From: Eledone cirrhosa
Taxonomy: Eukaryota
DNA length: 64,000 nucleotides
Reading direction: 5' to 3'
Assembly: GCA_964016885.1 (NCBI GenBank)
Contig: OZ024740.1
Span: forward strand, 87,172,001 to 87,236,000
Each line of letters starts with the position of its first letter. Position 1 is the first letter of the stretch. Position numbers and translations under genes: made by a program. The notes below the pieces were generated by a model. The model had not been told where the DNA came from. It saw only the letters and a program-made list of their open reading frames with translations, and did not search any database. Below are positions 40,894 through 51,545 of the stretch, piece after piece.

Positions 40894-42701
40894 TGTAGAA
40901 GGAATAATAAAGGTGAGCTTGCCCTCACAAGTGCTGAGAAGAAAGATGCATGGAAGAGTCATTATGATAGATTACTAAATGAGGAGAATGCATGGGAAGA
41001 AGAGACCCTACCCCAAGTAGACCCTATAGAGGGGCCAGCAGTACAAGTCAGCAGCAGCGTAGTAAGTAAGGCAATCAGAGATATGAAGATGGGGAAGGCA
41101 ACCGGTCCATCGGGTATAGCTGCCGAGATGCTGAAGGCATCTGGGTCTGTAGGTCACACTATAACCACACGTATTGTTAACCAGGTAATACTAGGTGTCA
41201 TACCAAAAGATTGGTGCAGTAGCATCATTGTCAACTGCTACAAAGGTAAAGGTGATGCACTAGATAGAGGAAACTATAGAGGTATAAAGCTGATGGACCA
41301 GGTCATGAAAGTAACAGAAAGAGTTATAGCACAGTTGATTAGGGACCGGGTGAAACTAGACGAGATGCAATTTGGGTTTGTACCAGGAAGAGGCACCACT
41401 GATGCCCTCTTCCTTGTGAGGCAGTTACAGGAAAAGTACCTAGCTAAAAGTAAGCCACTCTACCTGGCATTCGTCGATCTCGAGAAAGCCTTTGACAGAG
41501 TTCCACGTGCTGTAATCTGGTGGGCTCTTAGAAAACTAGGAGTAGATGAATGGCTTGTGAAAGCTGTACAAGCCATGTATAGGGGAGCAGTCAGCAAAGT
41601 TATGATTAGCAATGAGTATAGCGAGGAATTTAGTGTACAGGTTGGTGTCCACCAGGGCTCTGTTCTTAGCCCTCTCCTGTTCATCATAGTCCTGCAGGCA
41701 ATAACGGAGGAGTTTAAGACCGAATGCCCATGGGAACTCCTGTATGCTGATGACCTTGCACGTATAGCTGAATCTATGGTAGAACTAGAGAAAAAATTCC
41801 ACACTTGGAAGCAGAGACTAGAAAGAAAGGGTCTCAAAGTCAACATGACAAAGACTAAGGTCCTTGTAAGTAGACGAGAAAACAGAACCCAGATCCCCTC
41901 AGGGAAATGGCCTTGCTCAGTATGTAGGAAAGGTGTAGGTAGGAACTCCATTCTCTGCCCCAAATGCAAACAATGGGTACACAAGAGATGTAGCGGGATC
42001 TCAGGAAGCTTAATTAAGAATGTAGGCTTCAAATATAGCAGCTGTACTGGGGCAGCAAACAGCCACAGGAAACAAGTACCACCAATCTCTGGGAGGCCTC
42101 TGTAGAAACAGTAAACAGCTTCTGCTACCTAGGTGACCGAATTAGCAGCGGAGGTGGGTGTTCAGAAAGTACGATAACTAGGGTAAGAACGGGATGGAAG
42201 AAGTTAAGGGAACTACTGCCACTGCTAGCTTCAAAAGGCTTCTCCCTCAAAATGAAAGGCAGACTGTATGATGCATGCATACCAACAGCAATGTTACATG
42301 GTAGTGAGACCTGGGCGCTGAAGGTGGAAGACTTGCGTAGATTAGAAAGAAACAAAGCCTGCATGCTCCGATGGATGTGTAATAGTAATATCCGCGAACG
42401 GCAAAGCATAAATGAATTGAGAGAGAGACTGAGCATAAGAGGAGTCAAATGCTGTGTGCAGGAGAGGCGGTTGCGTTGGTATGGACATGTGATGCGTATG
42501 AAGGATGACAGCTGCATAAAAAGGTGCAGAGCACTAGAAGTCAATGGAAACCATGGAGTGGGGAGACCCAAGAAGACCTGGGATGAGGTGATAAAAGCCG
42601 ACCTTACACAATTACACCTCTCAAAGGCGATGACACATGACCGTGACCTCTGGCGTCACGCAGTAATACAGAGTACCCGACCCCCCATGGGTACAAGCTG
42701 A
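40894..42701 (+). pseudogene. RTE reverse transcriptase with internal PHD-like finger; frameshifted near 42060-42105 (ORF pieces 41083-42105, 42252-42701)
   Basis: NYRGIKL, QFGF, FVDLEKAFDRV, GVHQGSVLSPLLF, LLYADD, CYLG, RRLRWYGHVMRM, GRPKKTW. Confidence 0.93.
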
Positions 42702-43001
42702 AGCTTATAGACAATATGTCCCCACACCCTCCCACTGCAAAGTGGTTGTGGAGGTGCCACGGCAAAAAAGCACCCAGCCCACATTGTAAAGTGGACGTGT
42801 AGGCACCACGGAAAAAAACACCCAGCACTCACTGTAAATGGGGTTGGTGTTGGGAAGGGCATCCAGTTGTAGAAATCAAGCCAAAACTCATTCCTGTATG
42901 AGCAAGGCATGGTCAGCCGACCAGACACTTCCCACAACAGGACAACCCGTCTAACCCATGCTAGCATGGAAGAACGGACGTAAAACGGTGATGATGATGA
43001 T
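40894..43001 (+). mobile_element. RTE-clade LINE copy A (5'-truncated)
   Basis: RT ORF, 3' UTR, terminal hairpin and (GAT)n tail. Confidence 0.95.
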
Positions 43002-43156
43002 ATATTTAAAATAAACACATGAAACAATCACAGGGGATAATTTGTAAAGTGTGTGATCATACATAGCTAGGTAGGTAACTAATTAAAGTTTAACTAGAGC
43101 TTCAAATATTACCTCTTTAAAAAAATGTGTGATTACACACTTTACAAATTATCTCC

Positions 43157-43297
43157 TTGCTTCATTTCTCTCCAGCCGTCGCATATCTTCTGCAGTTGCT
43201 GCCCAGGTCTCACTACCATGCTATTCTGATCACCTATGTACCAAAAGCTATCAACCACTTCTATAGAACCTGCCTGCATTTGAAAAATGTGTCTACC
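43157..43297 (-). mobile_element. Short internally deleted fragment of RTE subfamily C
   Basis: Matches 47679-47743 joined to 47891-47968 through a shared ATGC. Confidence 0.8.
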
Positions 43298-43299
43298 AA

Positions 43300-43301
43300 T
43301 G

Positions 43302-43334
<33 letters not shown>

Positions 43335-43413
43335 GTGTGTATATATGTATATGTGTGTGTATATATATATATATATGTGTGTGTATATATATATATATGT
43401 GTGTGTGTATATA

Positions 43414-43454
<41 letters not shown>

Positions 43455-43463
43455 ATATATATA

Positions 43464-43496
<33 letters not shown>

Positions 43497-43647
43497 GTGT
43501 ATATATATATATATGTGTATATATATGTGTGTATATATATATATGTGTGTATATATATATGTGTGTATATATATATATGTGTGTGTATATATGTTTATAT
43601 ATATATGTGTATATGTGTGTGTGTGTATATATATATATGTGTGTGTG
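43300..43647. repeat. Compound (TA)n/(TG)n microsatellite
   Basis: Direct reading. Confidence 0.95.
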
Positions 43648-43984
43648 TCATTATCATCATCATTTTACGTCCACTTTCTCCTTGCTTGCAAGGGTGGGAC
43701 GGGAACTGATTCTAGCTTGATTTCTACAGCTGGATGCCCTTCCTAACACCAACCTCATTTACAGTGAGTGCTGGGTGCTTTTTTGCCATGGCTCCTCCAC
43801 GACCACTTTGCAGTGGAATGATAGGGACCCCAGTCCCTATCATCTCATTTCTACAGCTGAGTAAACTGGAGCAATGTGAAATAAAATGTCTTGCTCAAGG
43901 AAACAACATCACCCGGTCTGAGAATTGAACTCACAACCTTTTGATTGCAAGGCCAATGCTCTAACCACTAAGCCATGTGCCTCC
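43648..43984 (-). mobile_element. Full-length tRNA-derived SINE: tRNA head, CORE-like domain, hairpin and RTE-derived 3' region
   Basis: On the - strand: GGAGGCACA-TGGCTTAGTGG (A box), GAGTTCAATTC (B box), ccttgagcaagacattttatttcacattgctccagtttactcagctg, then 3' sequence shared with RTEs A and C, and a (GAT)n tail. Confidence 0.9.
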
Positions 43985-44032
<48 letters not shown>

Positions 44033-44039
44033 ATTTATA

Positions 44040-44070
<31 letters not shown>

Positions 44071-44090
44071 CTATATATATATGTGTATGT

Positions 44091-44727
44091 CAGGTCACGA
44101 GTTGGTGCTACTGGTAACATGTATCACAGTACAACCTGTCTCATGGTCGGGTCGTTGGCGACTAAACTGGCAACCCCACCAAGGTTTCTTGGTGAGGAGG
44201 GTGACTTTGGACATGCTGCAGGACTAAAAACAAAACCTGTCAAAGGGCAAAGGAGCTCGTAAGAGTCAATGGCCATCCAAAATCACTGGGAGAGATGACC
44301 CCTTAGCCTTTGTCAAGGCAGAAATCTAGGAGAAGGAAAACTCTGATATAACACCTGCAACTCTGATGGTATCCAATGATGTTGACTTGTTCTTCTTTTT
44401 GGTAAATATCATCTTGGTTAAGAGAGTGGGACTGGCTTTGTGCAGTGCCTTTGCTCACTATAAAAGCTTCACGGCACAGGCATTGCTTTATATCTGGAGA
44501 TCTCTCTGCACTTGTCGTCACATGGTACCATGGGCCCAGCACTATGTGTCAATAATTGTTACAGGTGTAGTGTTTGTACCAGAGTTTCCAAGTCGCTGGC
44601 TGGACTAAAAAGTCACACTCGTTCAGTGCATCGGTAGGGGTTCTCCTACATGGATATAAAGTAGTGGCCGTACTCGAAAACGAGTTGGCAGCCACACCAT
44701 GTATGTATGTTTGTATGTATGTATGTA
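44091..44727 (+). mobile_element. Putative bipartite (internally deleted) non-autonomous RTE/BovB-like element
   Basis: GC-richer 5'UTR-like head (gactaaactggcaaccccacc..., aaaacctgtcaaagggc), a terminal C2H2 finger CSVCTRVSKSLAGLKSHTRSVHR* at 44566-44637 and a (TGTA)n tail. Confidence 0.6.
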
Positions 44728-44769
44728 CAGTTAGAAAGTAAAAGTGGAAAAGCACAGAAGTATATTTAA

Positions 44770-45134
44770 CCCTTTAGCATTTAAACCAGCCGTATCCGGT
44801 CAGAACTCTCCCACCTTTTTCTGTTCAAATCAGCTGTAACCGGCCCCTCATACCTACATTAAGGTATTGTTCTCAGAATAAATAACATCAAAATCTCATA
44901 GATTCGATATTACGTGAGATAATTATGTAAGATAAAGCCTTTACTGTGAAAATACAATAGTAAATATAGAAAACTTTTTTCTACTTTTGGCACAAGGCCA
45001 GCAATTACTAGTACTTTATTTTATTGACCCCGTAAGGATGAAAGGCAAAGTTAACCTTGGCAGGATTTGAACTCAGAATGGAAATCCCGCCAAGGTTAAC
45101 TTTGTAAATATAGAATAATGTAAATGCTAAATGG
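44770..45134. mobile_element. piggyBac-type MITE (TTAA TSD) carrying a SINE insertion
   Basis: TTAA|ccctttagcattta ... taaatgctaaatgg|TTAA (13 of 14 TIR match). Confidence 0.8.
44972..45104 (-). mobile_element. 5'-truncated family-2 SINE with inverted 5' segment and 12-bp TSD
   Basis: TSD gtaaatatagaa at 44960-44971 and 45104-45115. Confidence 0.8.
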
Positions 45135-45467
45135 TTAAAGATTATTTTTCTTTAATCTGACAGAATGAATAAATTTATAATTGTTACATTAAGTGGACTT
45201 AGATTTTACCAAATATTACCAGTTTCAATCTCTTCAAATATTGAAAAAGGTACTTTCCTATATTCTGTGAGCAGTTTGAACACGTGAAATGTCTGTCAAA
45301 ATCTCTTCATCTATATGTTATTTATGAAAGTGCAGTCGTAAAAATGGAAGTGGGGTTATATATATCATCATCATCATCATCATCGTTTAACGTCCATGTT
45401 CCACGCTTGCATGGGTTTGGACGGGAGTTTTCCCACTTGAGGCAAGAGTGGTTGTCTTGCTCACATA

Positions 45468-45700
45468 GGACTGTCTGGCGGGTTTTCTACAGCTGGATGC
45501 CCTTCCTAACACCAACCACATTTACAGTGTGGGGCTGGGAGGTTTTTACTGTGTTGCTACACGGCCACATTACAGCGTGGACTGTCTGGCGGGTTTTCTA
45601 CAGCTGGATGCCCTTCCTAACACCAACCACATTTACAGTGTGGGACTGGGAGGTTTTTACCGTGTTGCCTACACGGCCACATTACAGCGTGGACTGTCTG
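45468..45700. repeat. Tandem 111-112-bp unit in the 3' UTR of RTE B
   Basis: ggactgtctg starts at 45468, 45579 and 45691. Confidence 0.9.
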
Positions 45701-45865
45701 TTTTTTTGTTGTGACACCTACACGATCTCATTTGTTTCGGCCTAGATGTTGTGGCACCAACATAACTTTACATAGAAAGGGGCGGTGTGGATGGGGTGGG
45801 GGTGGTGGGATGGGGGTGTATTTTGTTAGAGATGCCTACTGACTGTAGTAGGTTTTACTTTGTAT

Positions 45866-47315
45866 TTAGGTAAGGCGGGTCTTCTCTATTACTGAGTACC
45901 GACAGAGGTGTAAGTGTGTGAGGTCGGAATTTATCAACTCGTCCCAGGTTTTTCTGGGTCTGCCTACTCCGTCGCTACCATCTATCTTTATTGCCCTGCA
46001 CTTTGTTATACAGCTGTGGTCTTAAATGCGCATCACGTGACCATACCAACGTAGCCTTCTCTCGAGTAAACAACATCTGATCCCTCTTATTTCTAATTTT
46101 TTCCTTAGTTCGTTTATGCTTTGCCGTTCAGGTATATTACTATTACACATCCAGCGGAGCATGCAAGCTTCGTTCCTCTCTAGTCTGCGTATATCCTCTG
46201 CACACAATGCCCAGGTCTCACTGCCATGCAACATTGCTGTTCGTATGCAGGCATCATACAACCTGCCTTTCATTTTTAGGGAGAACACTTTAGTGGCTAA
46301 TAGTGGTATAAGCTCTCTGAACTTTTTCCATCCAGTTCTGATTCTAGCTACTGTACTTTCAGAGCACCCTCCCCCACTGCTGATTTTGTCACCCAGGTAA
46401 CGGAAGCTGTCCACTATTTCTATAGAACCCTCTGCGCAATTGAAAGAGCTAGTATTTTGTGGGCACTTGCTGCTACTTATTGCACCAGAGCACCGGCCAC
46501 ATGTAAAATCTATGTTCTTAGTTAGCTTACCTGTGATCCGACTACATCTTTTATGCACCCATACTTTGCATTTGGGACATAAAATGGAGTTTCTACCTAC
46601 GCCTTTCCTACACACTGAGCATGGCCATTTCCCGGAAGGGACCGCCGCCTTATTTTCTTTCCTACAAACTAGAACTTTAGTCTTAGCCAGGTTAATTTTA
46701 AGGCCTTTTGATTCTAGGCCGTGCTTCCATGTTTGGAATTTCTTCTCTAGCTCGGCCATTGATTCAGCTATGAGCGTTAGATCATCTGCGTATAGGAGTT
46801 CCCATGGGCAGCCGGTCTTGAACTCCACTGTTATAGCCTGAAGGGCAATAATAAATAGTAGGGGGCTAAGAACAGAGCCCTGATGAACACCAACTTTTAC
46901 ACTAAACTCTTCACTATATTCGTTGTTAATTCTAACCTTGCTGACTGTTTCTTTATACATGGCTTGTATAGGTCTCACAAGCCATTCGTCAACACCTAGT
47001 TTTCTAAGGGCCCACCAGATAATGGAACGGGGGACTCTGTCGAAGGCTTTCTCCAAGTCAACAAAAGCTAAGTATAGGGGTTTACTTTTAGCTAGGTACT
47101 TCTCCTATAGTTGTCGTACAATGAAAAGAGCGTCTGTGGTACTTTTGCCTGACACAAACCCGAACTGCATTTCATCTAGATCAATTCTCTCTCTGATTAG
47201 TTGCGCTATAACATTTTCCGTGACCTTCATGACCTGGTCGATTAATTTAATGCCTCTATAGTTACACCTATCTAGGGCATCTCCTTTACCCTTGTAACAG
47301 TTAATGATGATGCTG
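45866..47315 (-). pseudogene. RTE reverse transcriptase with PHD-like finger (main ORF 46022-47056); premature stops and a ~30-bp deletion near 45905
   Basis: EKAFDRV, QGSVLSPLLF, YADD, FRYLG, RRLRWYGHV. Confidence 0.92.
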
Positions 47316-47317
47316 AT

Positions 47318-49811
47318 ATCATCATCATCATCATCATTTTACGTCCGCTTTTCCCTGCTTGCAAGGGTGGGACGGGTCTTATTCAGCACAGCATCTCTCC
47401 ACTCGTCATCTCCACCGTGAGCTTCAATGATCTGAGGTCTGTTCTCACCACCTCCACCCATGTTTTTCGTGGTCTACCTCTACCACGTCTTCCTTCAACT
47501 GGCAATTCCTGGCACTTCTTCACCCATCGGTCATCCTCCATGCGCATCACATGTCCATACCACCTCAGTCTACTCTCCTGTACACTACATTCTATCCCTC
47601 TCAGACACAGTTTCTCTCTCAACACATTTATGCTGGGTCGTTCACGCACATTTACACTGCACATCCAACGGAGCATGCTTGCCTCATTTCTCTCCAGCCG
47701 TTGCATATCCTCTGCAGTTGCTGCCCATGTCTCACTACCATGCAGCATTGCGCTCCTCACACAGGCATCATACAACCGGCCTTTCGTACGCAGGGAGAAA
47801 CCCTTCTTCGTCAACAGAGGAAGCAGCTCCCTAAACTTCTTCCAACCCGTCCTTATTCTAGATACTATGGCCTCGGAACACCCTCCTCTCATGCTAATCT
47901 GATCTCCTAGGTACCGGAAGCTATCCACCACTTCTATAGCGCCCTCTTGCATTTGAAAAATGTGTCTATCAGTGCGACTTCTACTGTCTAATTTCCCTGT
48001 ACATCTACTGCATACATATTTCTCCCTACCTGTTAGTTTGCCTGCTATCCCGCTACATCTCTTGTGTACCCAGGATCTGCATTGTGTGCATTTTATAGAA
48101 TTTATGCCAGTTCCTTTTCTGCATATCGAACATGGCCATTTCCCTGACGGAATCAGGGTTTTGTCCTCTTTTCTACTCATCAACACTTTTGTCTTAGCTA
48201 GATTCACTCTCAGTCCTCTTGCTTCCAACTGCTGTTTCCATAGCCAGAATTTATTCTCTAGCTCCTCTACTGATTCTGCTATAAGAACCAGATCGTCAGC
48301 GTAGAGAAGTTCCCATGGACAGCCAGTCTTAAACTCCTCTGTTATGGCTTGGAGGACTATAATGAACAAGAGCGGGCTGAGGACCGAACCCTGATGTACT
48401 CCTACTTGTATCTGGAATTCCTCACTAAACTCCATTCCTACCCTGACTTTACTGAGAGTACCTCTGTACAAAGTTTGCACTGTCCTCACAAGCCATTCCT
48501 CAACACCTAGCTTCCTTAGGGACCACCAGATGACAGATCGGGGTACCCTATCAAAGGCCTTCTCTAGGTCAACAAAGGCTAAGTATAGTGGCTTATTCTT
48601 CTTGCAATTGTCTCACCAAGAAGAAGGCATCTGTTGTACTCTTCCCAGGCACAAAACCAAACTGCATCTCATCTAGTTTGACCCTTTCTCTAATTAGTTG
48701 TGCTAAAATCCTTTCTGCCACTTTCATAACCTGATCTATCAATTGTATACCCCTATAATTGCTCCTCTCCAAAGCATCCCCTTTACCTTTGTAGCAATTT
48801 ATGAGAATACTGCTGCACCAGTCTTTTTCGTATGACACCACCATATATAGCCTGATTGATGATGCGTGCAACCAGTTTAGTGCCTACGTCCCCTGATGCC
48901 TTCAGCATCTCAGCAACTATTCCCGATGGTCCGGCAGCCTTACTATTTTTCATTTCCCTAATCGCCTCTTGGACCCTATATTCGTCAATCTCAATAGCTG
49001 GTTCCTCTGTCGGATCCACCAAGGGTAATTTCTCTCTCTCCCATTTGTTCTCCACATTCATCAGTCTCTCATAATGACATTTCCAGGCCTCCTTTTTCTG
49101 ATCATTCGTGACACTAAGTACACCAGCATCATCCCGGACACATTTATCTCCAACAACATCCTAATTTGCATTGACACACTGCCTTGCAATGTGGAACACC
49201 GCACGTCTCTGATCTTCCCGTCACAGAACATTGGCAAACCTCCTACTCTCTGCCTCCCTGCGTGCTAAGTACACCTGACGTCTAGCTTCTCTCTTAGTGG
49301 CTGTATATTCTTCCCTACTCCCACCCTTTTTCCAAGCCTTCCATGCTAGTCTTTTGTCTCTAATAGCCTTATCTACTGTGCTGTTCCACCACCAGGTCAC
49401 TCTCTGTCTGGTTGGAGCTCTGCTCCAGCCACAGGTTTCATCAGTAGCCTGCAGCAAGTTGTCACGTAAGAAATTCCAGTTATTATCTATGTCATACGTC
49501 TCTAAATCGTCTTCTTTTTCGTCATATACATCTTGAAGGGCTTTCCTAAATTTGTATTTTAGTGAAAGGTCTTTTAGCTTCCAGACCTTTCTTCTCCACA
49601 CCTTCCTATATGTCTCATTCCATCTCTTGCTTACTGAGATATCACTAACACCTAACCTATGCTATGGGGTACATTCTTCCCCAGGGTATACCTTGGTATT
49701 AGACACTATCTGCCTGTCCCGCTGCCTAACTAGCAGGAAGTCAATCTGGCTTATGTGCTCACCAGATTTGTAGGTTATTAGGTGATTGGCAGGTTTCTGG
49801 AAGTTTGTGTT

Positions 49812-49818
<7 letters not shown>
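47318..49818 (-). mobile_element. RTE-clade LINE copy C (distinct subfamily; truncated within the endonuclease; very short 3' UTR)
   Basis: ICNTNFQKPANHLITYKSG..IDFLL (APE), linker, RT, and a (CAT)n tail at 47318-47337. Confidence 0.95.
47383..49818 (-). pseudogene. RTE APE-RT polyprotein with several frameshifts (pieces 49221-49601, 48783-49061, 48593-48871, 47383-48489)
   Basis: The ORF pieces are collinear with copy D; YADD, PHD-like finger, FRYLG, GRPRKTW. Confidence 0.92.

Positions 49819-49889
<71 letters not shown>
49817..49889. repeat. (TA)n microsatellite at the 5' junction of RTE C
   Basis: Direct reading. Confidence 0.95.
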
Positions 49890-49893
<4 letters not shown>

Positions 49894-51429
49894 TATATAT
49901 ATTGGTTTACGAAGTTAGTCAAAAGGAATTTGTATAGCTCAGGCTGTTACTTACTCGCTTAATGATGTATGGTGTGTATGTTACATATGTTAATCAGAGA
50001 TGCTCACATATGTTAATCAGAGAGACTATAATATACATCTCAAAAGTGATTCTTAATGTTCATGCATTAAAATGATGCTATAGCCTAGAATGTTTTAAAT
50101 AATTTGAAATACTTTAAATGTGATTGAATATTATTTACATAAGTGCAAAACCAATTATTAAGAGAATATCAACAGAATGTCTGAGAGATGTGTACCTAGG
50201 AAGTATTTAGTTATTATATGCTATATAAAAGCATTAAATAACTAAAATACATTTTGAAAACTACCATTAAAGAAACTTAATGATTCTATTAAATATATAG
50301 GAAGAATTTTGCTAGTCAAAATTGGACAATGAATAGCATTAGAAATAGGCAAAATAAAGGTTTGAATTCACACTTATAACCAGCTATGGTGTTTCATAAG
50401 ACTCAGAATGAATTCTATAAATAACAGATATCTTTAGATTATAATACAAATATTAGACCCTTTGGTCTCTTACTATAATACACTACATTACAAAAACAAA
50501 ATTTAATTGAAAACTTGACAAGTAAAAATAAATTTAGCAAACGAAGTACACACATAAAGTACTACTCAATTCACATATTTGGTTCATATCCAACTGCCTT
50601 CTAATAATATGACAGGTTAAAGAATCTATTACTCTCTTTTTACTTTTATACTTTAATGTTTACAGAAATGCAAGTAAAGTTTTTGATATCAAAGAAAGAC
50701 TTTGAAAACACCTAAATAGCTGCATATTACCAAATCCTCCAGGCTAATGCCTGAAAAATGAGATGCAACCTAAATTTTATTCTAGCTTAGAAGAAAAAAG
50801 CTTCAATTCATTGAGTTATATATAACAGTGCAACAGAAACTATCATTATATTATACTGATAATTTCTGTTCTCTAACTATCTCAAAAGGGAATTAAAGCA
50901 GTTTGATTTTGTTCAATAAGCAGCATTTTACAAATAAGTTTATTCTCTAAACAATATACATGGCATTGTGCAGGAACTAACTTAGTCATGGAAATATAAC
51001 ATTCGAAAGAAATATTCTTTGAAGAGTAAATTGACACTCTAAAACGTTGAGATAAAAAAATATAAAAAAATGTTTAACTGATTATGTTTTATGCAGATGT
51101 GTTCTACATTTTCAGTTGAGGTTAAAAACTGATGTTTGATGTTACAGGATACAGAACCAAAGGGAAATAATCATATCATTCAGTTCTCCCTGAACTCTTC
51201 ATATAATAATTACCATTGCTTATGATCCATTGAGATATTTAGCTATTTCTCAAACTAATTTAAAACATCAAGCACAATCATCAATTTATACGTTCAATAT
51301 TTAAAAAGGGAATTCCTGTTCTAAACAATATATCTATGTATTATTGAACATTAATTTATACCAACATCAACATGACATGTATTTCCAAAATTGATCTAAA
51401 TACAAATATATGTTAGTCATCTTCAATAC

Positions 51430-51545
51430 CAGTAGTGGTTAGATAATTTAATTCAAAACCATGAGGTTGTGAGTTTGTTTCCTGGGCTGCGCAATGCATT
51501 ATGTCCTTGAGCAAGACACTTTATTTTATGTTGCTCTTTCTGCCA
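51430..51545 (+). mobile_element. Degenerate CORE-like SINE head
   Basis: agtggttaga...ggttgtgagtttgtttcctgg...tgtccttgagcaagacactttattttatgttgctc. Confidence 0.6.

Larger units (their letters stand above)
45364..47315 (-). mobile_element. RTE-clade LINE copy B (5'-truncated; same subfamily as D and E)
   Basis: (CAT)n tail at 45364-45384, 3' UTR and RT ORF; nearly identical to 58678-60546. Confidence 0.95.

Noticed and set aside
41460-42571. Long antisense ORFs over the RTE copies (also 46116-47261, 47417-48304, 59136-61330)
   Set aside because: They are shadows of the RT reading frame with no independent motifs.
43157-43746. ORFs of 137-187 aa
   Set aside because: They read through a compound TA/TG microsatellite.
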